Assembly: GCF_006345805.1 (NCBI RefSeq)
Contig: NC_042997.1
Location: 41,044,001-41,108,000 of the forward strand
From: Octopus sinensis
Taxonomy: Eukaryota
Reading direction: 5' to 3'
Length of the DNA: 64,000 nucleotides
Part shown: positions 34,792 to 47,610 of the stretch, piece by piece
Layout of the letters: the number at the start of each line of letters is the position of its first letter
Numbering within the stretch: the stretch's first letter is position 1
Made by a program: the position numbers and the translations under genes
The notes under the pieces: model-generated
Told to the model about the DNA's origin: nothing
What the model saw: the letters and a program-made list of their open reading frames with translations, nothing else
Databases searched by the model: none

Positions 34792-36551
34792 CTGCAAATG
34801 CCGGATGTGTATATATACATGCATACATTAAATTCAAAAAAGAAAGTTAGCTTTAGAAGCGTTGAGATGTATTGAAAGATTCAGATGAGGAAATAATTTA
34901 TTCTCAAACGCAGGATAATGCTAATAGTATAGCATGAACAGGATGAAATATCCATATTTTGCGGCTAGCTATAAGACTCAAACACACATCCCTGCGATTA
35001 CGCGTCAAGTGCTTTACCATTTAGCTAAGCTGCCCGAACGAAAACTTCTGCTGCAAATTTAGGATATATAAATCTAGCTTTATAAGTAGAGTTATCACAG
35101 GGATGTGAGTTCGAGTCTCATGACTGGTCGCCGACAGATTTTTCTGCAAAATATGGATAGTTTTTATCCTGTTCATGCTATATTATTAACATTATCCTCC
35201 GTTTGAGAATAAAGTTATTTTCTCATCTGTAATATATATTTTTATTTTTAATGTTCTACTCTTCAAATTTTACATATATAGTCAAAGAACATTAAAAATA
35301 AAAATAACAAAAAACAAGAGGACGTACGCATGGAATATATTAGCTGGACGCTCGGTAAAGTGGAGGAAAAGAAAGGGCTTTTAACGTTCCGAGCATGGCT
35401 CTTTGTCAGAAAGATAAACAGAAATGTTGAGAGAAGGAAAATATTACCAAATCTACGTGTGTGGTTACATATGTACATATGTGTGCTTGCGTCTCCACGC
35501 GCATGTTTGTGCGTGCGTGTATGTATGTGTGTGTGTGTTTGTGTGTGTGTGTTTGTGAGTGTGTTTGTGCGTGTGTGTGTGTGTATAAACACAAGATTAG
35601 TGAATAATTGAGTAGGATTTTATTTACTGTCAGAATCGGAAATTATATCACGGAATATATAAAAGATGTTCATTGTGTGAACTTCATTTAAAGACAAAAT
35701 AGTGGATCAAACAGTCTTTTTATTGACCAGCAAAAAATCAGTAAGTTAGAAAGAAGTTTATGTAATAATTTACTATCAGTAATTGGAGTTGATTGTCTGA
35801 ATTTCAGGAAACCCAAATACAATTATTTCGCAGTTTTTACTACGGTCTACTGCATGTTCATGTCTCAGTATATTTACGTGGCTGTATAAAAGTCTATATA
35901 TACTTACATGCATACAAATTATGATCATATGGATTGCATTAGATTGCCGATGTTCAGTCCACTGCAGAACGAAGGTCTCAGTATAATCTCTCTACCAACC
36001 CTGTCTGATGTGGAGGCCGTGTTTTGACATCGAGAGTATACTAGTTCGATGAACCTAACAACTCACACTAGCTCAACAAAGCTTGGCAGTGGAGTAAATA
36101 CTCATACAGAGGTGTAGTAAAAACGATTAAAGGATGAAGGGCAAAGTCGGCTGCAGTAGAATTTGAACTCAAAATAAAAAGATGTGCGAATTACCGCTTA
36201 TCATTTTGCTCGACGTACAAAAGACTTTTCCAGCTCGCCGCAGAATATGTATGGAATCAAATAATAAATAAATACGCATATAATATTTATCTATATATTT
36301 GATTGGAACATGTATTTACATATGTATGTATTTATGTGTTTAAGCTGATCAGGCTAAACTTTGAAATACCTGTTATCATTTAACAAAATCGATATCACCA
36401 TCTACTAAACGAATTGAGCTCCCTATTTAAATTGACGGTTTGCTTTTCTTCTATAAGATATGTATGTATGTGTATGCATGTGTGCGCGTGGTCAGTGTGT
36501 GTGTATGTGTGAGTGTGCGGAGAAAGAGAGAGAGAGCAGATATCTACTCAC

Positions 36552-36634
36552 GGTTCTTGATATGTTCTCAGCAGGGATTTTATATTCGTTGGACATTTTA
36601 AAAATCAAACGAAATACGAAGGATTTGATCCAGC
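36552..36634 (-). CDS. Exon, SEA-like part 1: (G)WIKSFVFRLIFKMSNEYKIPAENISRT
   Basis: ccatag|GC...ACC|gtgagt, 83 nt, phase 1 to 0; joins the Ly6 exon to the next exon in frame. Confidence 0.85.
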
Positions 36635-37217
36635 CTATGGATTGATATAGAAAATAATCGCTGCGTTTATAAATGAGACACACGTCATAGACGCACATAA
36701 AACCCACGTACGTAGATAAAAATACACATTCATAAATATACTATATAAAAAATATGTAGTGAGAATTCGCAAAATAACAAAAGACGAAGACAGGTGGTGT
36801 AGAAAACAAACAGATGTATTTGTATAACGTTCCATAGATAGATAGATATACGAATATACAGACTCACGTAAATGTATAGATACATGTATAATCACACATA
36901 TATATATGCATGCATGTACACATACAGAGTTCCATCCGTTTTTCTGTCCTCGATTCGTATATATTCGATCCTTTTTCCAAGAAATCTAATGCTCGTAGCT
37001 TAGTTTTCCGTGGGGCTGGCCGGATCGGAGTGATCTCAAGATTAAGCAGGCGAAATTGCGAGGATGATCCGGTTCTCGACTGAAGATTAGAGGCTTCGAA
37101 TGACCCGTCCGTTTTTTGTGTCGTCTATTTGAGTGTTTTGCGTTTTTGTCCCATTTTGTATTTTATATATATTTTTATACATATATTATTGCGGCGTAAC
37201 GTACATCTTGTCCTGTT

Positions 37218-37257
<40 letters not shown>

Positions 37258-37284
37258 GCATATATACACACATATATGTACGTA

Positions 37285-37912
37285 CCTACATCTATATGTA
37301 TATATACATGCATATATGGATACAGGACACCAAAACAAACATCGAACACAATGAGAAACGAAAACATAAAAACAAAACCATGGAAACGGACAATTTTTTT
37401 AAACAACGAAAAACAGAGTACAAGACACACAACAGAAGGAAAATTCCCCTTCTTCAGACGCCTCTGCTTCGTCCACTCCGTGTTTCGAAGGTAAAGGCGA
37501 GACACAACTTCGTTTAAGCATTCCTTCCCGCAAAGCAAATAAAATAATTTTCAAAATAATTTTTCCTTTCGTTCAGGCTTAACAGCCCTTACTCTTTGTG
37601 TTACTGTTATTCTCCTTGTCCTTTTTTTTAGTGTTTTTATTTGTATTGTTTTTACTGTCCTGTTTTGCTACCATTGTTACCCCTCCGGGAAGGATTGTTT
37701 CCATGAAGTCGTGTCTCGCCTTTACCTTCGAAACACGGAGTAGACGAAGCAGAGGCGGCTGAAGAAGGGGAATTTTTCTTCTGTTGTATGTCTTGTACTC
37801 TGTTTTTTCGTTATCCGTTTCCATGGTTTTGTTATTATCTTTTCTTTTCTCATTGTGTTCGACGTGTTTTTTGTTGGTGTCCTGTACCTATATATCCATG
37901 TATGTATAGATA
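37285..37912. repeat. Inverted pair of diverged repeat copies (about 37285-37530 and 37684-37912)
   Basis: ORFs 37276(+) and 37722(-) give near-identical peptides (KQSTRHTTE.KFPFF.RLCFV.SVFRR). Confidence 0.88.
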
Positions 37913-40682
37913 GATGCAAATAAGCCCACATTTGCATGCATATGTAAATACACATATATTTATATACATGTATGTACATGTACACATTTCAATATATATA
38001 TATATATATAGTTATTAAAAAAAAAACGAAGAAAAAACACAAGAAAAACAACAACGCGTGGACGTGGTGCATGCAAAGATTAAAGGACGCTCAGGGAAGG
38101 AAAGTTTCGAGCAAAGGCTCTTCTTCAGAAACAGGAGACAGAAGTAAGTCCAAGTGAAAAGGAAAACTGCCACTTTTCCAATACTAGCTTTATTTGGCTC
38201 GTAGAGATAGCCTTCTTCGCTACAATATCCTCCCCTGGGAACCAATCTCCTCCGCCACATTCGAATGCTGCTTCTCCTGAAGCTGCAGGAATTCATTTGT
38301 CGGCAAGTCTTCTATGTGTTCTTCGACGCGATCGTTAATGTTTTCATCATCATTGTTAATGCTTCCATCGAGGCCCATGGACTTGCCAAGGGATACCATC
38401 TCGTTGACTACAGGCGCCTCAAACTCAAAACCCCGAGAAGTCTCTTTCTGATACGCAGTCAGGTCACAGCTTCCACCATGCAGAATTCAGCGTTCTCCCC
38501 GTTACACCCTACCAGGCCATATCGATGATTTTCAGGCGGTTAACAATGGTGTAGGGCTCCTTTCAAAACTCACGTAGTGTTTGATTTGTATTTTTGGTGA
38601 CGAAACTGGTCTTTGGTGTACAATTTCGGAAATTTAGAAATCACCTGTTGATCCATGTGCTGCATGAAAATTGTGCTGGTATATCGGGATTGATTGGAAG
38701 GAACTTTTTCGAGGGGATGGAGAGATGAATTTTGAAAACGTTACACGATCTGATTTTTTCCCTCGTAACTTTCATGAAAATGTGTATCTTTTAATGTAAT
38801 TTTATACAAATCTCTTTCAAACGACATAGATTACGATTTTAAACAAATTTTGGGGGAAATATTTTTCATGGATTTTCACTTTTTTTTAACCGCAGCCTTT
38901 GACATGATGGGATTGCGGGAAGCAGCTTTGTATGAAAAAGTTTTGGAAGCTCTTTTTTTATCACCCTCCTCCCTCATAATCCCACTCCGGACCTATTTTG
39001 GCCAATTATTGTTTTGCACTTCAAAACCATGGGAAAAGCAGTTTCGGTAATTTTTTTTAATTGTTAATATTTTCAGAGAGAAATTGATGTAAGGGCGATT
39101 TGGCTGTCGTTTCATGCACATCTAAAAACAACCCCCCTCGTTTCTTTATCATTTTGCATGTATTGATGTTTTTCAATATTTCCCCTCATAAATACATTTA
39201 TATGCTATAAAAAAGAAAATTTGAGAAATTATGAATTTTTTGCAACCCCACTCTCTGCCCCCGATTGTTTCTGTTTAGAAATTAAAATAGCGGAGAGCCT
39301 GAGAATGGCATTTATCCACAGAGATTTTTTTTTAAATTACAGAGATGTACTTGCAAAGCAAGTGACTTGATCTGAGATCGTGTGCTGAAAGAAAAACAAT
39401 TGCAGAGTGGAAGATGTTTGTAAGCCATTCAAGAACACACAAAAACCGTTAGTGTCACTTTAACAATTAAATTTAATTTGTATCAAAATATTTTCGTGGC
39501 TTTGAAATTGCGACCTGTTCACTGACAAAACTTCACAAACGTAATGCCGCACGAAGTTTTGTCAGTGGTTTCAAAGCAACGGTGGGGGTAAAAATTTAGA
39601 TTACAATTTATTTTGTTGTTTTTCTTCCACCAATGGACCACGCGTGTGTTACTTCGGCATCATCATTCCATAAAATGTATTTCATGGCAGAAAAATATTG
39701 AAAAAACATATGAGAGAGTGGAAAGGGAAAATGGACAAAATCGGTCCTAATAAGGTAAGGTTTATAGCATTCCAAACAGCAATAACTACAAAATCACTTT
39801 GAAATATTTTTACAAAAATTATACGTGTTTGTTTTAAAATTTTCATTCAATAATGTTTTTACATTACGTATAGATACTAGAATAAATTGTCGGTTTCCCA
39901 AATATTGAATTAAAACTTGAACAGAAAACATTAAAAGAGAAAGTGAGGCATTGGAAATAAAATTGGATCACCCCCACATTGAATGAAATGAATATTCAAA
40001 TATGCGAGAAACTGGAGTTTAAAAAAGTCAATAAACTTGAGAAATCGAAATTATTAAGAAATTTCTTAAGAATTTATGAAAATATTTCCAGACAGTCACC
40101 CCTTTAATAATAGCTTTCTTTTAGTACTTTTAGTAATTTTTACCTAATTATAAGCAGCTTTCTCCATTATAGTATAGATACTCATTTGAATTGTGAAAAA
40201 GTTTTCCTCTGGTATATTAGGTATTAACTGCCAAACCAGGGAAAAGCAAGATGTCTCCATTCCTACAGAAGAACCGGTTTACCTTGTATTTAATTATGTG
40301 TGTGTGTGTGGCGTGTGTGTGTGCGTGTGTGCGTGTGTGTGTAGAAGGTTGAAATGTAACACATGAATTGATATGTTTAGGGAAAATAAGACAAGGTAGA
40401 AAGTGCTAAAATAATTTTATCATGAAGAACATTTTAGTACCGGTTTCAGACTTTGATACTTTTTCAACTTCAGAGTAAAGCATGGAAAACAATTAAATTG
40501 TGGAAAAATTAAATGAAATGTTTTCTTTTTAATATTTCCATAGTTTTCAAATACAAGAAACATTTTCTTTTTTTCTGTCACTCTCTCTTTAACTTTCGTG
40601 AAGGCTCGGTAGGTAGTAGTAGATCTAAAAGAATATTTGATATGAGGGATGTGAGTTCTTGGTTTTGTTTGTTTAAGCAGTA

Positions 40683-40736
40683 GAAGAAGAAGAAGAAGAA
40701 GAAGAAGAAGAAGAAGAAGAAGAAGAAGAAGAAGAA
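40683..40736. repeat. (GAA)n microsatellite
   Basis: Directly visible. Confidence 0.97.
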
Positions 40737-40929
40737 TATGTGCGTGGCATGACAGTAGTAGGTTGTTGGTGGAATCCTCTTAAATTATCAAGTGACCTAA
40801 AAGTAACCTGTTGTGGATATAAAAATAGTGATTAGAATTCTTCTGAATAAATTCACAGGCAATGATAATTCTTAATATATCGTTTTTACTATTTGCGTAG
40901 GTATTATTCTAAGGCATTTGTAGTAGTGT

Positions 40930-41990
40930 CATTTGTGGTGGACGCATTCAAAAGGGGTTTATATTTTTCCATGAAATATGACACTTTTCTAATGCGCTGA
41001 CTACAGGTTACATCGTCCCTGAGTTTATAGAGAGGAAAATTCTGAAATTGGGTTGTTCGTTAGTGGCGCAAAAGTCAATGTGTTCGCAAAATGCTATTTT
41101 TCTGTATTCCCAAATTTTAATCTGGGATCTATGTAGGGTCTTCCTCTGGTGTAGACTAATTTCGATTTGGCCTATGTATTGTTCTCGACACCCTGAGCAA
41201 ATTAATGCCTATATTAGGTTTTCCGAAGCAAATATGAAGTTGTTTTTCACTGTAAATCGTTGAACCTGTTTGAAAGAGAGCTCCTATCCCTGAATTAGGT
41301 TAACGCATATACCACAGTTAGTTCTTCTGCATTTTTTTACTGACGGCTTCAGTGTGATGTCGAATGTACTTGAGCTTGTGTTAGGAGACATTTGATAGAT
41401 TTTGGTTGTCTTTTGCTCTTTATGATGGTGTGCGTTTGGAGGATAAAATTCATTCTGTGATCCCTTTTTAGTAGGTGAATGTTCTGGAGGATTGTGTCTA
41501 AAGCTTCATTGTTAAGGGGGTTGTGTGTGGAGATGTATGATAGGGCTTTGGCTGTAAATCCTTCTTTAATTTGGGATGTCTGAGTTCGTGGTGCTGAGTT
41601 GTAGGGCACATTGAAAGCCTATACCAATTAGTGATGGTGCGTAGTTCCTGGTAATGAGTGCATGCTTTAGTTCATGTAGCCGTGTGTCCCTGGTGTTTGT
41701 ATTAGGGACTATAGTACAAATCATTTTTGCTAGGTTGAATGGGATATTCATTCTAGTGTGTCTGGGGTGGCATGAGTTAAACAGTAGATATTGCTTCGAG
41801 TCCGTAGGCTTAGCGTATGCATATGTTTCTATTTTGATGTTGAATTTCGTAATGAGGATGTCGAGGAATTGAAGTTGTTGATGGCTATATTCCATCGGAA
41901 ATTGAATGTTTATATCAAGTCCATTTATAAGAGCTTAAAATCCTTTAGGTCTTTCTATACTATCATGACAAAGAATGATAGAAGTTGTCT
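40930..41990 (-). mobile_element. Penelope-like retroelement remnant (RT thumb plus GIY-YIG)
   Basis: LQFLDILI...YAKPTDSKQYLLFNSCHPRHTRMNIPFNLA and, near 41100-41260, LICSGCREQYIGQ...LHRSQI. Frameshifted. Confidence 0.88.
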
Positions 41991-42119
41991 TTGAAGACAA
42001 AGAAGGTAATTTCGAAGAGGACATTTAGCCCTTCTATTACGAATTCTTTATATATATATATATATACGTACAGATATGTATGTGTGTTCACGACCGCATT
42101 GTCATACACACATACACAT

Positions 42120-42173
<54 letters not shown>

Positions 42174-42294
42174 TTGCACACATGTATACACACATCAAAA
42201 CATTGCTCTTATATTAACTATTATACAATGTTCTTATTAACTATCAATTTGTAGTAAACCTGGTGGTGTTATATTAGAGAATAATAACACTTAC

Positions 42295-42476
42295 CAATGA
42301 AATCATTCTTGTTACATAAGTGTCCGACGCAACAACTAGTACAAGCCGTGCTATTCGTCCGTTTATTGCATGTAAGGGTATTGTTTCTCATAGCTTCAAC
42401 ACATTTTCTGTATGTGCTGCAGGACCTTTCAGTCTTCAGTTTAGCACCGTTCATTGATTGCGAATCGGCATACAGG
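42295..42476 (-). CDS. Exon, Ly6/uPAR three-finger domain second part: PVCRFAI[frameshift]MNGAKLKTERSCSTYRKCVEAMRNNTLTCNKRTNSTACTSCCVGHLCNKNDFI(G)
   Basis: ttattacag|CCT...G|gtaagt; CCxxxxCN terminal signature. At 182 nt it does not fit phase 0 to 1, which implies an indel near 42455-42460. Confidence 0.82.
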
Positions 42477-43371
42477 CTGTAATAATAGATATGAAAATTA
42501 TACGCTACAACCAAAATATTTATTAGTACGATTACTGCTAATTACAGCAACAACAATACTGGGGATGTTTAACATGCAAGAAAGTTTAATCATTGCTATA
42601 AAATATCCAAAACAATAAATGAAACCGTAAAAGAGTTGCCGAATTGTTGAAAGTTAACAGCATAAGTAAACTTCCGTAAAATTTATTGCTATTTAGCATT
42701 CGAAAAAAATGATTTAAACGCTTTCAGTGTCCATGTAGATATGGACATCGGATCACGGTCTTTAGCAAAACCGCATCGCACTGTCACCCGTCACCAAACT
42801 TAAAATATATCAAATTATCCCAATAAAGATGTATCAATTCTCCAAAATTTCTTCTTACTGGAGGAATACGCAAGTGGATTTTTTCATATGAAATTTACGG
42901 AAAATCATGCTTACAAAACTCACCAACAACAGAAACTAATATGCCTTTACCCAAAGATGATAATGAAATAAAATTGCCAGATTGAACTCCTCAGTCCAAA
43001 CAAATTAAACAGAAAATACATAAAATGAACACAAGAGAAACTTCGTTTTATTTTGCAAGTATATTTTATATGAAAATACGGTATATTAGTATAAAATTTG
43101 GAGAGAAAACAACCAAGATCTTGTTAACTTAATAAGGGACATTCTGAAAACGAAAAATATCAGAAATGGAGAAGAATATTAAAAGAAAAGAATCCATCAC
43201 GAAACACAATTAATAATCGCAAACACCTAACAATAATAAAAGCAATGAAAATGTAGACATTGAAGTTAGAAATAAGATATTCATTGCCTTAGTTTGAAAT
43301 TGAAACTTGTTTCTTCCAACGTTGGAAAATTTTTAGAAAGAAAATTGGATCTCCCAAACTGAGTGAGGTTG

Positions 43372-44062
43372 TCATGAAGATATCACCAATGATAGTGTCG
43401 GTAGGCTGGCGTCTTCAAAAAAGCTAATGGAGTCGGTGATTGCAAATGAATGAATCATTAAATAAGCTAACTCAGCTTCAAGAAAACAGAAAGTTCTGAG
43501 ATCAGAACAGACAATAAAAGAGGCAACAGAATTAAGCCATGCTTGTATGTCACGCTTTATTCTCCTATATTCTCGTAGATCAGTTAACGTGAAGCATTGA
43601 TCTGTGACATTACCGGTGTCTTTTATTGTTTCTCTTGTGTTTCTTTCACCAATGTACAACTGTGTATTCAGAGATATGCCTGACAATTTTAATTTGTGTT
43701 TTAGCTGCTTTTTAAAGTTATAGGTTTTACCTTTCTATGAAACAATATGACCCCCACCTATTATGTTCTGGAGAGCTTATTGTACTACTTGATGTGAGGG
43801 AAGATTTAATCTGTTTCGAATATTTCATAACCTCGTATATCAAACAGCCTCTTTTGCTATGGCCACCAGACAAAGGAAAACTGTCATTTGCTTCTTAACT
43901 TATTCAATTCGCTCCCTGTAATGTTTGTGAGCTGGTAGGGCCAGGTTCGACTTCCAGTTACCCATCTAATGTTAGTGACCTGAGGTCATTCCGCAAGGAA
44001 TCTTGATCCCAAGTTGACTTCTGGCCACATACATTCATGCATCCTACTCTAAGGACAGCCAT
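43372..44062 (-). mobile_element. Degenerate Tx1/L1-like LINE, AP-endonuclease region
   Basis: Minus strand from 44062 reads MAVLRVGCMNVCG, an APE-type N-terminal motif; the sequence downstream is heavily disrupted. Confidence 0.5.
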
Positions 44063-44416
44063 GTTTGTCGGAGAAAGGTCACTCTAAGTTCGTGTGTTCG
44101 TTTCTTGAATAAGGATTCCTGGACAGGGTAGAACGTTGCGTCCTTGAACAAGGCACTTCATTTCACTTTGTCCCAGTCTAACCAAGTGGAATATATCCCA
44201 ACCTATTGATGTTCATCTATTTCTCTCTTCAATCGTCACATCCTTCTTGTCCCATTGAGTCATGAATAAGAAGACTGAAAGGGTGTGTGTATGTCTACGC
44301 AGGCACATAAAAAAAACTAGCGAAAGCATAGTACAATCTATGTGGACTTAATGGCTTTCGAGCGACGGCTGTGGATATATTTTAACGAAAAGGAAGAAAG
44401 TAATATTCCAGTTTAC

Positions 44417-44508
44417 CTCTGCTCCTGGACAGCTTGTCACATAGGAATCATTGCAGATCATTCCTGAACATGTTTGACACTGTAAATTCCGTTGAAATAA
44501 CGAGTAAT
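44417..44508 (-). CDS. Exon, Ly6/uPAR domain first part: (N)YSLFQRNLQCQTCSGMICNDSYVTSCPGAE
   Basis: tattctgtag|AT...GAG|gtaaac, 92 nt, phase 1 to 0; L.C..C....C......CP pattern of three-finger domains. Confidence 0.88.
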
Positions 44509-45011
44509 CTACAGAATACAAGTAAATATCTGTATTTATGAACCAAATAATGCAATGCATAGCAATAACAATAAATATTTTCCTTATGATGTAAAAAAAA
44601 ATGTATAAGTGTTAGTATTGAAATCAATACTTGTTAGACATATAAACCAAATTATTAACAAAGACTATAAACCTATTTTTATGTTCATTTGGAAACGTTT
44701 CAATAATGTCACAAATTCAACTGAGAGAAGCATGAAAGCCACTTGTTGTCCTTTTGTATTCTGATGTAACACACACGTGAAAATCGTTGAACAAGTCAAA
44801 TAAAGGGATGAAATTCGAAAGTTGCAAGCATTGTTGCAGTGGAAACTCCCTAATGAAACCCGAGAATCTCATTTAAGTTGTGTTACAATGTCATATAGAA
44901 TGTGAAGAAGGCCATAATATGTGAAATGAGCAAAACAATATTTGGATAAACAATAAAAAATATGATCACTAATATTGTGCTTTTTCCAATATACACACGT
45001 TTATGTATGTA

Positions 45012-46214
45012 CTAGCAGCATAGCCCGGCGTTGCCCGGGTATGTAAGAAACTTTACCTTTTTACCCTTTTTTGTACTCATTGAACCGTTATTTTGTAAAA
45101 TGAAGCCTAAAAGGCATTAAGGCAGTGTTCCCTTGCATGCATGAAGAAAATCTATGACAGTCAAAGTGCATTTTCTGGTTTTGTTTAGCACACCCAACCC
45201 AGTTCTGCGGGATCAGTGTCACGACGGGAACGCATGGGTTGGGAGTTTGACCGGCAGAGGTAATAAGGTTGCACATGCCGGCCCTTTTGACACCCCCCCA
45301 ACCCAACCAAGTTGGGTTCGGACCACAGCTAAGCCCTACCTAATCCTAACTTAAGTCTAGCGAAAGGGGGCTCGGGAGCCTCTAGTAGGCAACGACTAAT
45401 CCCGATCTAGTCCTTTCCCTCTAGGGAACGAAGGCGCATGTGTGCCTGAAATCCGCCAACTATTTAACAAAAGTCAGTTTTGTAAGGTTCGCATGGTCGG
45501 TCTCAAAGTGATATGGTTTTGTCGATTTCTCCCAATACTTGTTAACTGCATTGACAAAAGGTCGTCAGTTTGACATTTAATGCAAACTTGATGTCCAACA
45601 TCGGTGTAGGGAAAATCTATGTGAACTTTCAAAAGATATTGCGGAAAAATCGGTTTGCTATGTGTGCCACATATGATGTAATTAACCGATTTTTCCAGTA
45701 ATAACGTATCCTATTGGAATCAAAAGGGCCATATAGCTCCTTGGAGCAGACATGATGCTCGCTGTGAATTTCAAAAAAAAATTCCTGCCAATTTGTTAAA
45801 AATATTGTCGAAAATATGTCATCTTGAATTTGAACGCGATTTCCCAAAATGGCATGATTTTATGGATTTTTTCTTATGGTAAGGTATTGCATGGAAAACT
45901 AACGTCAGAATTAAGTTCCTTAGGGTAACATTAAGCTTCACCATGAGTTTGGTAAAAATCGATTGCAAGTTTCAAAAACTACAACGGAAAATGTGTTGCA
46001 TATGATAAGCTTAGATTCTCGACCCCATGTCGAATTTATCGAATTTTTTCAGAACTGGGGGAACTTTTCAAAATTTTCGCTGCGTTAGATTTGAATTATG
46101 ACATTGGGCTATGTGTGTGTCAAGTGTCATCAGAATCGGTTGAAAGCCGTGGCCAGGGTGAGGGTACAACCTGACAAACAAACAGACAGGCAAACTGCCT
46201 TTTATATATAGAGA
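45012..46214 (-). mobile_element. Complete non-autonomous Helitron (1203 bp)
   Basis: Minus strand 5' A|TCTCTATATATAAAAG ... 3' hairpin CCCGGGCAACGCCGGGC then CTAG|T; inserted between A and T with no target duplication, inside a (TACA)n tract. Confidence 0.9.
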
Positions 46215-46400
46215 TGTATGTATGTATGTATGTATGTATGTATGTATGTATGTATGTATGTGAGTATGTATGTATGCATGTATGTATGTATGCATGTATG
46301 TGTGTATGTATTATGTGTATTATGTATGTATTATGTATGTATGTATGTATGTATGTATGTATGTATGTATGTATGTATGTATGTATGTATGTATGCATGT
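46215..46400. repeat. (TATG)n microsatellite (another at about 47630-47722)
   Basis: Directly visible. Confidence 0.97.
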
Positions 46401-46559
46401 GTGTATGTATTACGTATGCATGTCATTATTCACTGTTATTTCCTAAATCTACGGATCCTTCATTGGAATTTCAACAGCATCAATGTTACCATCATCTCGG
46501 AACTTTCTACCAACATATCCATGCATAGTCTTCTGTTCATAGATACTCATCCGTTCATC

Positions 46560-47610
46560 TAATGATACGTTGCGGTAGAGACGTGCGACTTCTTTGAGCA
46601 TGTAGTCTATATTATCAGATAAGGAATGTTGCTCAAGGAGCTGCCTTCCAAGTCATATGAATTATGCAAACTTGGTCAAGAGATGCACTTCGACATTTGT
46701 GGTTATAAGATGTTACCGAAAGGATATGATACGACATTCAAAGACATTTGGCATCGATATTAAGCCCCTGCCGCCTTGTTTTCGTTTTAGGGAGAGGCGG
46801 TCTTCATCACTGTTTATGTGGAAATTATGTGTACTTGTCTGTATTTTCCGGGTTTTCACATAAACAGCTCGGATCTCATCAAGTGTCCAATAAAACAGCC
46901 CAAATGTTAGTATGAGTACTTGCACAGCAAACACGTTGTGGGCCAATGTTTTATTGAATGCATAAATTTCTGAGGTCGAAACTTTATTTATTCAGCTGTA
47001 ATGTTCTTTGTTTATACTTTAATGGCACCTGTAACTTAATGGCACCTGTAACACAATGGCACCTGTAACATAATGGTACCTGTAAAAAAGCACTTGTTTT
47101 GTTACAGGGGCTGTTGTGAGATATATTTTCATCCACCCCTAGATATCTGTAACATTGCTCATCAGATATAGGCGAAAAAGTCAGGTCATTGATGGCGATG
47201 TTGCTAGTCTGGTTTACATTTTTCCCCCTTTTCACAATCATATAACATTTATCCTGAACAAACGCCAACCCTACATTTTTTGAGAATCTTATAACTTGGT
47301 CAAAGCTCTTTTTCATCTCATCCATATTCTTTGCATAAAGTTTTAAGTCATCCACAAAGAAACAGTATTCGATTTTGGAATTTCTGTTTCCTTGTGAACC
47401 AATGGGATGTCCTTAACATGAATGACATAGGGTTTACAGAAAGTACAAACAACATCACAACGAGGTTGTCCCCTTGGAATATGCCTTTGCGATATTGTAT
47501 TCTGTCAGTGATAATCACTCTTTGTGTTTAATTTCATGATGTTGTCCCACAATGGAATCAGGTCAGCTATGGCTTTGATTATGGCTCACAGGAAATTTAG
47601 CCAGATGAAG
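46560..47610 (-). mobile_element. Degenerate R4/Dong-like RT fragment, containing a 17-bp x4 tandem repeat at 47020-47087
   Basis: FVDDLKLYAKN, YRYLGVDEN and DRLSLKRKQGGRGLIS motifs; GIFQGD-like motif near 47467-47485. Confidence 0.82.

Noticed and set aside
38150-39330. Possible DNA-transposon remnant
   Set aside because: I could not identify terminal repeats or a transposase motif by eye.
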